A stretch of 64,000 bases of DNA, from assembly GCA_963514005.1 (NCBI GenBank), contig OY740821.1:15066001-15130000 (forward strand). Reading direction: 5' to 3'. Below the pieces are notes generated by a model that ran no database searches, was not told the origin of the DNA, and saw nothing but the letters and a program-made list of their open reading frames with translations. The stretch's first letter is position 1. Each line of letters starts with the position of its first letter. The translations under genes were made by a program, and so were the position numbers. This DNA is from Raja brachyura. Taxonomy: Eukaryota. Of this stretch, positions 24,924 to 37,639 are shown piece after piece.

Positions 24924-26416
24924 TAGGTCTTCCTTTCCATTTTGTCATTTGTCCATGTGATTAAATTGATACGGTCAGTAAGTATGACTTCTGTATATGT
25001 CACTCAGAATCTATTTTGAACAGGACAAGTTTAGGAGGCCATTCTTATAATAAATCTTTCTCCCCAAACTAATTTCACAGCTGAATTTTCATGTTAATGT
25101 TGTGTTCACTATGCTCTGAATTGATGGCACCCTCCAGTTCCTTCATACTTTTGTTTTCTGTCAAGAAAAGGGGTTTATACTGTGACACACACAGCCCAAA
25201 TTTTAGTTCACTTTTGACAAAGACATTCCCATGTTTAGATTGTGCTTGCAAGTAGCAAGGGAAGCAGGGTCACTATTATTCCATGAGAGTGAGAAAGGCC
25301 CCACTTTTGCCAATTCTCCCAGTTTCCACCAAGCTAATGATCGAAGCCTTGAATATACTCAATGACTGAGCCTCTGCAACTCTGGTGGAGTGGAGAATTC
25401 CAAAGATTCACAATCCTCCAAGTGGAGAAATGTCTCCTTATTCACAGTCTCATATGGACAACCCCCTTATCCTGAGCCTGTTTGTTTTATAATCAACTGC
25501 CAAGAGACACTTAGCAATACCTCTCAGAATCTTGAGTCCCAATTAGATTACTTCTCACTCTTCATAGGGCAATCTCCATAATATACATTGCCCATCTTTC
25601 TTCAGGTAATGCAAGAGGTCATGGTACTGGGAGTTCTGGTTTCAACATTGGTGCAGATTTCAACATTAGACTCAGAATAAGGAAGATAAAAATAAAAAAA
25701 CAAAATATTTGTTGATGTTATCTGTCTCATTCAAAGAATAAAATGCAGAACTTAATCAAAGTCTTTGACCTTTTGGGATCAAATTATAACAAAAGCCTCA
25801 CTCTTTTTTTTACATTTCACATGTAAAACATTACCTAATTTGCTTCTACAACATTTTATTCTCGACTAACATAGTGAACAATGTCTAAAAGTGACCCAAT
25901 ATATAATATGCGCTGAATGTCAACTTGCACTGAGGTAACACTATCTGTGAACTAATTAACATTTTTGATTCTGGAAGTAGAGCCCAAGAGTGTTAAGTTT
26001 CAGCTTGGAATATTGCACAATGAAGGGGGAGCAGGGTGTGGCAAGATTATCTTTACATTGTCCCTTTACTTAATCTCTTGTTCCTCCAAGGAGATGAGTG
26101 AAGACACTGCACCCAGAATTGAAATACACACTTTTGTTCCTAGCTTTTCATTCCAGAGCCTTTAACACAATGGAACTTAATCTAGTTTCCCTCAATCCTA
26201 TGATCTTGAACTTTGCAAAACCTAAAGCCTGTTTTTTTTGCCCAGCTTGCTTTGTGCCCTGACCTTTGGGCTTTGAGCCTTTGTCTAGGTTTCTTAATTT
26301 AGACCAGACATTAAAAAGCATTCTGTAGATAAAATAAGGCACCAACAATTAAAGCAGCAATTATTGGCTTTTCTCTTAATCTTTAAATTTTGTGAAAAAT
26401 GTTGAGTTCAATGTTA

Positions 26417-26546
26417 TGTTTAAGAAGGAACTGCAGCTGCTGGAAAATTGAAGGTAGCCAAAAATGCTGGAGAAACTCAGCGGGTGAGGCGGCATCTATG
26501 AAGCAAAGGAAATAGGCAACGTTTCGGGTCGAGACCCTTCTTCAGA
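26417..26546 (-). mobile_element. Penelope-derived short element with hammerhead core (minus strand, 26518-26545)
   Basis: TSD caatgtta. Core CTGAAGA-A-GGGTC-TC-GACCC-GAAACGTT. Confidence 0.88.
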
Positions 26547-27423
26547 CAATGTTAAGTTACTTTATGTAAAACAGATTACAAAAGGCAGTTTAATTTCAAA
26601 CAATAACAATTTATTTTTGTTATTACCTGGGAAAATGCAGCAATTTGCCTTGGTTACTGTGTGTTTTAAGTTCAACCACCACTAGGCACTGACTTGAAGG
26701 AACGGATTGCCTTGTAGAGAATTAATCTTGTCAAATAAAGCAGAGACATGCTAATAGGCTGCACTGCCCATAGTTAAGGAGACAACTCTAGTACAAACTT
26801 GTGCTCTGTTTAGTGTTTGTCAGATACTGTTTCAGGGTAGATATTAGGCTCTACTGTACCATGATCATTGAACAAATGGAAACTCACATCCTAGTGTTAT
26901 TCACATGAAGCATGGAGACTTGGGCAAAGCACCAGTGGGCTCTTGGATCTATGTCAAAGATCAATGGCATCCACAGAAGAAATACATGATCTCACTTTTA
27001 AATGAATGGAGCTTTCCCACAGCTGTTGCATTATTGGTACATGGACAAACCATTAAGATTCTGCCTAAGGCTAATATGCAAGAGACCAACAGGAGTATTT
27101 TTGAGTTGGTAGACAGGGTAAAACCTGTAGCGGAGAACTTCAACCTGCTTCAGAACTTTTCTTTGGTTTGCAGCTGCTTTGTAAAACAAAAGATAGATTT
27201 AAAATAGCAAAATGCCTGTGATATAGTCACTGCCTCTTTCCCTTCTCCAATTTGTATATTTTATAGAACAAGGTAGATCTTTATTCTGGTATATTGTTTG
27301 AGTGTTATAAAACAATGTCTATTAAGCCCATTTAATGTTTATAAAAAATAATTGGCTAGGAATAGGACAATTAGATTCTTTTTTGTGACCCATTGCCTCT
27401 TAATTTTAGTGTGAAATAAAACT

Positions 27424-27913
27424 CTACTCTACTGAAAGTGCATTAATAATGGTCTCCAGGTGCTGTTGAGACCTGTAAGCCACAAGGCCTCCTGTGTTGG
27501 CCCATTTCTCGGTTTCTTTTGACCCTTCATCGGGCATCTTGTATTGAAGTTCTGGATTGACCCCAAGGCTTCTGCTCTTCACCTTAGCCAGGGTTTTGGC
27601 AAGATTTACAATGCCCCCTCCTACGGATTTCAAGATGGCATGTGGGGCACAGGTATCCCATTTAAAGGTAGTGTCTGCTGTGACAACATAAGCATCTGCC
27701 AAGCCAAGGATTGTACACAAGATTTTGTATCCTGCCCCTGAAGCATAGTACAGTTTGTCACCACAGAGATGAGCTAGTGCTTTTGTGATGTCTTCCTTCT
27801 CACTTGAGCTCATGACTATCGAAAGAAGGTTGTGATGTGCAGGAGGCTGCTTTGGTATGGAATGGATATTGGTTCCATTGTAGGAAATACCCCAGTAATA
27901 TTTCCCCTTCCAT
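27424..27913 (-). CDS. INPP1: INPP1-like coding exon 5 (WKGKYYWG...FKWDTCAPHAIL...SVE*)
   Basis: Poly-T gcag acceptor, stop TAG at 27426-27424. Confidence 0.95.
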
Positions 27914-30900
27914 CTGCAAAAAGAAAAAAAAAAATACATGAGGGGAATAATTTTACACCTTGACAAACCTAACAAGAACTACTTGTTATAATGCAGACAT
28001 TAGTTCCATCAAAAAGCTGTGAAGTGGTGTTGGTTATCTGCTAATTGTGATCTGGAGACCGACATAAACAGACCACTGATTTTCTGCAATATGGAAAATT
28101 ATGCAGAATGCAGCATTCATCATCCATCTCAAAAGGCCCATGAGAAGGTGGTAGGTAGCCACCTCTGTGAACTGTGCCATGTTACCCTAATAGTGCTATT
28201 TGGTAGGGAGTTCTAGGGTTTAAACCCAGCAATGACAAAGGAATAGTGATATATTTCCAAGTTTACACAAAGTGTTGCAATAACTCAGCAGGTCAGGCAG
28301 CATCTCTGGAGAAAATGGATAGGTGACATTTCAGTCTGAAAAAGGATTCCAACCCGAAACATCACCCATGTTCGCCAGGGATTCTGCACGACCTGCTGAA
28401 TTACCTCAGCACTTTGTCGTCTTTTGTAAACCAGCATCTGCAGTTGCTGGTCTCTATTTGTCTCGATAGTGCCCAACCCAGGCCACATAAAAAGATTTAC
28501 AAACTCACATTACAATTGCTCCATAATCTTAAATCTCTATTCCTTCACTGTAAATTACTCTATTGTAATTTTGTATTGTCTTTCTGCTGACCGGATTGCA
28601 CGCAACAAAAGCTTTTCACTGTACCTCGGTACACGTGACAATAAACTAAATTATAACTATTTCCAAGTCGTGGCTGTCTGCAATGTGAAGGGCAACCTGC
28701 AGGTGGTGGTGTTTCTATGTTCTGTTACTATTATATTTATAGGTGGCAGAGGTCACAGGTTTGGGAGGTGCTGTTGCAGAACCTTTGGCCAACTATTCTT
28801 TTGTATCTTGTAGTATTTTAGAAAATGCGTAGAGTTTTCTGTATGGCCTCAAAGAAAAGAACAATTGTCTTCAAACGGTGCTGGTTTTGATCGTCTTCCT
28901 TCTAACATTTATTTGCTCAGGATGCAGTATTTAGATTGGACTCTGACTACTCAAAATACTATTTGATTGACCAGGCAGATAACCAACACCCTTTCATTGC
29001 AAATACTGAAAATCACTCCACCTTAAGATGGGGTCCACATCGTTAAAAGGCACATTAATGACTCCCATTATTGGCTGTCCTGAGTTTCTATCAAAGACTC
29101 CAATGAGTACAGTAGCAGATTTCAGACCACTTGAGTGAATGCCAGATTTGTACTTCTCCTCAAATTGTCCTTTTATGTATTGATTGGTTGAATCTGTAAA
29201 ACAGAAACATATAAGATTTAAAATATATATACAAAGATTTTTTCAGTTAATTGAAATGTGCAGACCCACTAAATCCACGGCATTTGTACTTCTTGCTTTT
29301 TCTTTCATTTCTCTGAGAATCCAGGTGTCGCTGACAGGACCATCATTTATCACCCATTCCTAATTGCATCTTGGGGATGTGATGTGCTGGGCAAGGTGCC
29401 TTCTCAAACAACCCCACAGCAGTTAGGTGGAATTTGGTCGAACTGAAGAGTTTGCTGGGCCATTTCAGAGGGCAGCTATGGGTTAGACTGCCCCAAGTCT
29501 GGAGTTACATATTCATGTTGAGAATTCGCACAACACCCACAAGGAATTTTACTTTTATCACTTTCCAAAGCAGTTATTTTTCCAATCATCATTAGTCAAC
29601 TGCTGGAGGAAGAAACAAAAGGGTTTGGGCTGATGGGGGAAGGGAACATCTCTATCTGCTTGTGTGGATGCCTCCAAGACAATCAACTTCTTGATTTAGC
29701 TTTGCCTTGATCAGCAAAGTCAAAAGAATCCCACCTTCAGAAAACTTTAATCCACACCTATGTTGGGGAGAATTTATTTTTGTAAGATGGTTAAAGGTTT
29801 TACTTACCAATAGGATCAACCCATATTCCTATGGTGTCTATAGGAATGTCTATATTTAGTTCTTCTGAGGCTGGACCATCAATGTGGATATCTTCGTGGA
29901 TGCACTTGGCCAGAAGGCCAGCAGCTTTCAGATTCCCATCTAGCACTTTACTTATTAATTCTGCAGTTGCTTGCTCTGTTTTGCAGACTTTCACAATAAT
30001 TGTTTCACCTGTAATGAAAATAAAGAGCACAGGATTGTAATCCATCGGGGTCGTCAAAAAGAGTACCATGTGCAACTTTGGTCTCCTTATTTCAGGAGAT
30101 AAATGAGATACTGAGCCCATCCGTGGGAAGGAGACCAGTTAATGGCAGCCAATTAAGTAATTCACCCAAAGCTGGTTCAGCATTAACTGTTTGTTACTTC
30201 AACTCCCTCACATCTGAAAACCCGACTGCATTGCACATGCCATGAGATAACTTAAGAAGTGTCTTGTCACATACCCAAACCATTTTCAAAATGATTGGAT
30301 TCCTCTCCAGCGATGCGAGATGCAAGCTCCGGAAACTAATGGGAGAGAAAGATAACAACTAAAGTATCTAAATAAATTTACAGAGTTAATTTAAACAGTA
30401 GCCAGCAGATTTTAAAAGAAACCTCTTCATGAGTCTGTCCAAGACACCAACCCAAATTCTCTCCAAGCCAGGATCCCAGTGGAGTAGAGCAACAATTGAG
30501 GGCAGATGTTCTTTCACTCGTCCCCTTCCTTCCGATTAAAATTAATGTCTCACTTGAACTCATCAACATTCAGAGTACAGAAACAAGGAACAGCAGATGC
30601 TGGTTTACCAAGGAAAGACACAAAATGCTGGCTAACAGCAGGTCAGGCAGCATCCCAACAGAACATGGATAGGTGACGTTTTGGGTCAGGACCCTTCTTC
30701 AGACGAAACATCTCATATATTTTCTGGCCCTTAAAAGTGGGAAAGAACCATTCATTAACTATCAGCCTAGGATTCCAATGAATCAGCCACAAGGCAGATA
30801 TTATGTGCTTCTATCGCACACTAAGGATGTACCTCAGTCCCTGACCCTCCATTGTGGAGAACAATAACGTTTCCATTTCTAACTCTACACCAAAGCAAAC

Positions 30901-31259
30901 TTATCAAAAAAGCACAGAATTTAAGTGTGCCTTGCACCGTGTGCTTATGAATGATAAGATTATCACTGATTACAGAAAAGGGATTTCTTGCTTGAACCCA
31001 GGTATGGTTCAAGTGTGGTGTTTCACTCGGCCTACCTTTCGAGCATACTCAGTACCTTTTTCTCAAGGTCATGCTTAATCACTTCTTGAATGATGACATC
31101 TGCCAGGGTCTTGAAGTCTTGCACAAACTTCTTGTTTTTCTCCGGCCCTTTCTTCTCTTCGATCAGAAGCTGGAAGAGCTCTTCTTCTCGTTTGCAAGCC
31201 CTCGCTATATTTGCAGATTTCTCAGAAGCACAGAGCAACGCAGTTAGGAGACCAGCCAT
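27424..31259 (-). CDS. INPP1: Inositol polyphosphate 1-phosphatase (INPP1-like), complete, 375 aa, spliced
   Basis: Exons 31259-31056, 30335-30275, 30008-29808, 29193-29022, 27913-27424 (1128 nt, phases consistent). Motifs DFKTLAD, GEESN, WVDPIDST, GAGYK, FKWD. Orthology versus paralogy is unresolved. Confidence 0.93.
28264..28450. mobile_element. Penelope-derived fold-back element, degenerate hammerhead core
   Basis: Inverted arms around ctgaaaaaggattccaacccgaaacatc. Confidence 0.8.
28550..28652 (+). mobile_element. Rex/Babar-type LINE 3' tail
   Basis: gcttttcactgtacctcggtacacgtgacaataaactaaa, shared with ~39775-39870 and 60345-60620. Confidence 0.65.
29022..29193 (-). CDS. INPP1: INPP1-like coding exon 4 (DSTNQYIKG...GVINVPFNDVDPILR)
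   Basis: cag acceptor and donor gtggag (weak but phase-correct), 172 nt. Confidence 0.88.
29808..30008 (-). CDS. INPP1: INPP1-like coding exon 3 (GETIIVKVC...GIWVDPI)
   Basis: cag/gtaagt flanks, 201 nt. Confidence 0.94.
30275..30335 (-). CDS. INPP1: INPP1-like coding exon 2 (FPELASRIAGEESNHFENGL)
   Basis: tag/gtatgt flanks, 61 nt. Confidence 0.93.
30580..30703 (-). mobile_element. Penelope-derived short element (hammerhead G12 mutated)
   Basis: Family consensus arm ending gacccttcttcagac. Confidence 0.8.
31056..31259 (-). CDS. INPP1: INPP1-like coding exon 1 (MAGLLTALLCASEKSANIARAC...DFKTLAD...)
   Basis: Acceptor ends at 31287, ATG at 31259, donor gtactg. Confidence 0.94.
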
Positions 31260-31920
31260 TACTGAGATGTAATCTTTTAAGCACTGCTATAGAGAAGAAA
31301 AAAAACTATTATTGAAGCATGTGATGCTGGCTGCTCATTTATGGAAGGTCTCCATTGTATTAAAGGAGCAACATGCTCTAATTTTGCCTACCAAGGCTTT
31401 CTATACTATAGGAAATTAATTACTCAGTGGACACCCAGTTCTAAGTATGATAGTCTTAGCCAAATGGGATTCTAAGTAAGCACATTTTATCTGATTCTGG
31501 TTTCCCATGAGAAACCCAATAGTCAATAAAAATGGATTTTTGACTCGCTGTGCAAGCTCCTCTGATGGATTGTGTGCAGCTTTATAATTTAGAAAAAATG
31601 AGTACATCATTTAATTAAGATAGACATGGCGGGGCACTTAATGTGTCGCAAATGCAGTACATGGGAGCCAATGGAAACAATGGTGATCCACACTGAACAC
31701 CTCCACAGCATTGCAATTAAAGGAGGAATTCTTTGAATGAATTATAGTCTTGTCACTTAGATTTAATCTGCAATGCATTGTAACATTAAACATCAATTGT
31801 TTAAATCCCTGTCCATTTTCTAGGTGGAATTTTGTTCTCTGTACTTTTGCTAATCAGCTATGTGTTTCTCAGTAGTACCAGAATGAGCTCATTCGACATT
31901 TCAGGTAAATATTACATTTA

Positions 31921-32196
31921 TGCCCGTCCCACTTAGGAAACCTGAACGGAAACCTCTGGAGACTTTGCGCCCCACCCAAGGTTTCCGTGCGGTTCCCGGA
32001 GATTTTTGTCAGTCTCCCCAATGGTCGAAAGTGGTTTCCGTTTTAAAAATCGGTAATTTTTTAGTCGTAGCCGGTTGCGATGCTAGTTGAAGGTGGTTGC
32101 CGGAAGACAAAAACCTCTGGGAACCGCACAGAAACCTTGGGTGGGGCGCAAAGTCTCCAGAGGTTTCCATTCAGGTTTCCTGAGTGGGACAGGGCA
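31921..32196. mobile_element. PIF/Harbinger-type MITE with ~90-bp TIRs
   Basis: TIRs 31921-32010 and 32106-32196 (tgccc[t]gtcccact...). 3-bp TSD TTA at 31918-31920 and 32197-32199. Confidence 0.85.
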
Positions 32197-33792
32197 TTAG
32201 CAAACACGGTTAGCACTAGAAGTCCCATTTACTTTGCCACATTTCAGAGAACCAAAGCAAAGGAGGCCATTCCATCCATCATGGAAATTTAAATTGGTAC
32301 TAAATATATAAATAAGTGGCAATTCATGAGACACAAACTTTTAGGGTCTGCCAGTATCCCACCCAGGCAATTTCCTGAATACAAAGCCATCTCTCTTCTG
32401 ATTTGATCAGATCCAAACTAAAAGGTCAACAAATGTACTTTGGAGTGGAGAATTTATTAAATCTGGTTCACCAAAATACTACAAAAGGGCATTGCAGCCA
32501 ACACAAACAGCTGCTTGTAAAGGATCTTTATGGGCCGGCTTGGAAATAAAAATATCAGAGATGTTATGCTGGAATGCAACAGGAAAGGTTTCACAATAAC
32601 ATTTACTCCAACTGCATAGTGTGGTTCTCTGAAACAACATTACAACAGGTAAAGGTACACAGGAAAATCTCAGCATACAAATATTACAACCAAAACACTA
32701 TCCCAGTGCATGATTCCCAAACAGGCTTAAGTATTAAGTGCAGGGATTCAGTAATTCCTCTCAATCAAGCTCGGTGACCACAGACGTACTTGACTATAGT
32801 TATTTCACACACATAATTGACATGCAACTGTGCTCCACTCACTGCATCTTTCTGGAGAAATTGCAGCAGTTTGCTCCCTCTGCTCTTTTAAACAAGTGAC
32901 TCTGAGTAAATTGACTTTATTTTCTGTACAAAGGGCAATTTGGTGCGAGGAAAATAATTTGCTAATGCCATGTTTTCACCAAATAATCTGCCATATAAAT
33001 ATTGATTTAAAGGGAAGCCATTGCAAATGATTTGTTGGATGTAATGGTATACTCATTTACTAAATTTTAACCGTAGACAACCTCAAAATAATTTTTGTCT
33101 CAATGGGCAAATTGTTTTATGTTTAAAGCACATGATTGTAGACTTGGTACACTGATAATAATGGATTCAATAAACAGTAGCATAGTTGTTATGTTACTGG
33201 ATTCATAGCTCAGAGGGGTGGACTGTATTTGAATCTGTTGTGCACTAATGTAATTAATTCCGAACAGTATTCTGAAGTGGTTTAACAAGCCATTCGGTTG
33301 AGGCAATTTGAGGTGGGCGATAAATGCCAGAATATCAGCAACACCCACATTCAAAAGGTAAACTGGATTTACTGAATCTCTACACTGTGGCCAACTAGTG
33401 TTCGTACATGCAACCTTGTAATTAGAATGGAATGCACCTATCCTTTAATCAGTATGTGCCTTACATTGCTTGATGCATTCAGGTTTATGCCTTTAGGCTT
33501 GGCCATTCCAAATCTGTGTTTCCTGTCTATAAAACAGAATTTTGAAAGTGCTTGAGGCTTTTGACTATTCTAATTGTGCTACCACTCTGAAACAGCAGTC
33601 CATTTCATCCCACTACCCTGATTGTTTCCTCTAACTTTTGAACATTTCCATTTAAAAACTTTCATGCACATCCCTTTTTTAAATGATTATGCATTCTGAT
33701 TTTTCACACTTTATGGCAGTGCATTTCAAATCTGAATACCTTCCCAACACTCACTTTTAAGTGAGAAGGATCAGGCTTCAGGTTCCACTCCA

Positions 33793-34008
33793 GAGACACA
33801 ATGAACTGCAGATGCTGGTTTACAAAAAAAAGACAAACTGCTGCAGTAACTCAGCAGGTCAGGTAGCACCTCTGGAGAACATGGATAGGTGTCATTTCAG
33901 ATTGGAAGTCTTCTTCGGACTGAAGAAGGGTGCCGACCCGAAATGTCACCTATCCATGTTCCCCAGAGATGCTGCGTGTCCTGCTGAGTTACTCCGGCAT
34001 TTTGTTGT
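33793..34008. mobile_element. Penelope-derived fold-back element with near-intact hammerhead core (+, 33920-33947)
   Basis: Long inverted arms. Core CTGAAGA-A-GGGT-GCCG-ACCC-GAAATGTC. Confidence 0.85.
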
Positions 34009-34323
34009 CAATGCTGGAGTTGCGTTCTAGTGCAGTGCTGAAGGTGATATGTAAAGGTAAGTCCTAATATGCTCTCACATATGGATGTTGAAGATCTCAT
34101 GGCAATATTTATGAGTAAGCGAATTAGCCCTACATCCAGACCAACTTATAGCTCTTAACCAACATCATCAAAATGATTTATCAAGTCATTAACACACTTA
34201 TGTTCATGGGAGCTAGCTATGTGCAAACTGGTTTTCCTTTAGCATTTCAAATTACCCTTTCCTTAAAGCTCTCAGTAAAATTCCTTCTATTCCTTCATTC
34301 TATGCCAATCTTTCAGTTCTGAC

Positions 34324-35570
34324 GCAGGATCATTTCATTCCAAAAAGGAAGAAAGATTCTAAGGGGAGTAGGGGGCAACTGTGGCTGACAAGAGAAGTTA
34401 GGGATAAAATAAAACTAAAAGAAAAGATGTATAACACAGCAAAGAGTAGCCGGAAGCCAGAGGATTGAGAAACTTTCATAGGACAACAGAAGGAAACTAA
34501 ACGGGCAATACGAGCTGAAAAGATGAAGTACGAAGGGAAGCTGGCCAGGAATATAAAGGACAGTAAAAGCTTCTTTAGATATGTTAAGGGAAAAAGAGTA
34601 GCAAAGGCAAATGTGAGTCCCTTGAAGGCAGACATGGGTGAAATTATTATGGTCAACAAGGAAATGGCAGAAGAGTTGAATAGGTACTTCGGATCTGTCT
34701 TCACTAAGGAAGACACAAACAATCTCCCAGATGTACTGGAGGACAGAGGATCTAAGGGGGTAGAGGAACTGAAAGAAATGTTCATTAGGCGAGAAATAGT
34801 ATTGGGTAGGCTAATGGGACTGAAGGATGATAAATTCCTTGGGCCTGATGGTCTGCATCCCAGGGTCCTCAGGGAGGTGGCTCTAGAAATAGTGGACGCA
34901 TTGGTGATCATTTTCCAATGTTCAATAGATTCAGGATCAGTTCTTGTGGATTGGAGGATAGCTAATGTTATCCCACTTTTCAAGAAAGGAACGAGAGAGA
35001 AAACGGGGAATTACAGACCAATTAGCCTGACTTCAGTGGTGGGAAAGATGCTGGAGTCAATTATTAAAGAGGTAATAATGGGGCATTTGGATAGCAGTAA
35101 AAGGATTAGTCCAACTCAACATGGATTTATGAAAGGGAAATCATTCTTGACTAATCTGGATTTTTTTGAGGATGTGACAAGTAAAATGGATGAAGGGGTG
35201 CCAGTGGATGTAGTGTATCTAGACTTTCAGAAAGCCTTTGATAAGGTCCCGCACGGGAGACTGGTGACTAAAATTAGAACACATGGTATTGGGGGTAGGG
35301 TGTTGACATGGATAGAAAATTGGTTGGCAGACCAGAAACAAAGAGTCGGAGTGAACGGGTCCTTTTCAGAATGGCATGCAGTGGCGAGTGGAGTGCTGCA
35401 AGGCTCTGTGTTGGGGCCACAACTGTTTACCATATATATTAATGATTTGGAAGAGGGAATTAGGAGCAACACTAGCAAGTTTGCGGATGACACAAAGCTG
35501 GGTGGCAGTGTGAACTGTGAAGAGGATGTTAGGAGGTTGCAGGGTGATCTGGATAGGTTGAGTGAGTGGG
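34324..35570 (+). mobile_element. Young CR1 LINE internal ORF2 fragment, truncated at both ends
   Basis: GPDGLHPRVL, NYRPISLTSVVGK, QHGFMKGKS, YLDFQKAFDKV and FADD motifs. 35175-35570 is near-identical to 12321-12716. Confidence 0.95.
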
Positions 35571-35719
35571 TGGGACATATAGCTTACTGAGACAACAGTT
35601 TAGAGATGTGTACCAGCCTTTTGTAGCAAAGGTTTACAAGCCTGGCTCCAGTTGCACAAGGCTTGGTGAGGAATAATAGTTTTGAGTGTTGTATCCAAGG
35701 AAGAATATGCTTAACAGAT

Positions 35720-36215
35720 ACAGAAAATGCTAGAAGCAGTCAGCAGGTCAAGCAACATCCACGGAGGGGAAAACAGTCAATATTTCAGGTCTAGAACTCT
35801 TCAAAAGAACTGGAACGGTGAGAAAAATGTGTTCTAAATTGCAGAGAGATAGAAAGATGGTGAACAGAAGAAATGGGTGTGATAGAGTGCAGAACAAACC
35901 TGTGAAGGGAACAATTACTTCAAAAACTGATAGTTGGAGACAGATTTGCATTAAAAAAAATAAACAAATTGAAAGAGATATTGCCACATCTGTTGAATAG
36001 GAAAAGGTGACTACCTGTAATTAGTTTTAACTCGGTATTATGTCCCAAGGGGTGCAGCATGCTCAGATTAAATGCAAGGTGATGTTGCTCAAGTGGACAT
36101 CGTTGGAGCAATGTTGATGCCTAAAGACACTGCTCAGAGTGGGAGTGGGATGAACAATTAAAGTGGCAGGTGACTGGGAACACAGGGTTGTTGTTATGTG
36201 GGGGCGACCACCATA
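35720..36215 (-). mobile_element. Old Penelope-like remnant
   Basis: Degenerate family arm (cagaaaatgctagaag..cagcaggtcaagcaacatc) followed by purine-rich internal-like sequence. Confidence 0.5.
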
Positions 36216-36219
36216 AATA

Positions 36220-36386
36220 TGGAATATAGGTGCAGGAGTAGGCCATTTGGCCCTTCGAGCCAGCACCACTATTCAATATGATCATGGCTGATCATCCAAA
36301 ATTGGTACCCCTTTCCTGCTTTCTCCCATATCCCTTGATTCCGTTAGACCCAAGAGCTATATCTAACTTTCTCTTGAAAACATCTG
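36220..36386 (-). mobile_element. CR1 3' tail fragment
   Basis: Reverse complement of 13380-13540 and 46140-46300. Confidence 0.85.
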
Positions 36387-37639
36387 AAGTAGCCGTCCAT
36401 TTTGTGTTTCATTCAAGATCCCAGCAGTGTCACGTGCCTCTGCCAAGACAATCTTCCTTGGATCTCAGGCAGGATATAGAAACAGGTCGAGAGAGATTGG
36501 GGCACCACAAGGCTAGAAGGTGTTGGGGGTGGGGGGAAATGAGGTCAGTGATTGGCTGGAAGACAATGAGTTGCTGTTCAGTGGTGGGCTAGTTGCCCAG
36601 ATAGAGGCATGACCATGAAGAGGTATCCAACAGTTGCCATTCAGCTTATGCAAGCTAGAAGGCAGTTTTACAAACCACAACAGCCCCATCCTTACCAATA
36701 GATTTTGTGATGATATTAGAGTTGATCTTCAGTGAGCAAATGCTGCAAGTTCATGGGTTAGATTAGAGTACAGAAAAGCTGAATTAACGATCTACTATGA
36801 ATAAATCAAGACCAGTTAATAGGGCCCAAGGAGAGATCCAATTTTATCAGGAATTCTGAGACAGAATAAAGGGCTCGTGATCGTGGATGAGGATATACTT
36901 ACATACAACGTAGATTTACTAGATTAATTACCGAGGGGAGAATTACATGTGGGGGCAAGAAAATAATCTGATGGCCAATATTCTTGGTGATGTATTTGAA
37001 CATTTAAAGAAAAGAAACGCATTTAGTGACCGACCACTTTACAAATCCTTTCATAACATCAAGTGTGGTCACCGCCATGCCAAAGTAGTAAGTTTCGACA
37101 AACAGTAATGTGAATGCGGCCAGTTTATCTGTTTTAATTGTGTAGAATGTGCTTTGTTTTTAGTAACATCAGGCTATTTCGCGGTTGTGGGAGCAGATAA
37201 ATATTGCTCAGGAGACAGGAACTTACATCCCGCTCTTCTCAAAACAAAAAAAATACCAAGGAGACACAAGGAACTGCAGATGCCGATTTACAAAAAAAAA
37301 ACACGAAGTGCTGGTGTAACTCAGCGGGTCGGACACGATTTTAATACTTTTACCAAAGAGAACAGACTTCGTATCATAAAGATGACACCGCCAGGATAAC
37401 CATCTCTGAGCCTGGGTGGTTATTTTGTTTTTTTGTATGCTTGTCTCTGGAAGCAGCATGTAGAGTCTTCAGGTAACGTTATTTGTCATTTAACATAGAG
37501 ATGATGAGCGTTAGGAATCTCTGGGTGTCTCACACCGAGAGGGCCGTGGAGACACAGTAAGTCGCTAAGCATATTTAAGGCTGAGATAGGTTTTGTGCAT
37601 CAGTGGATGTGGGCAATTGAGCGATTTTAAATAGAGGTG

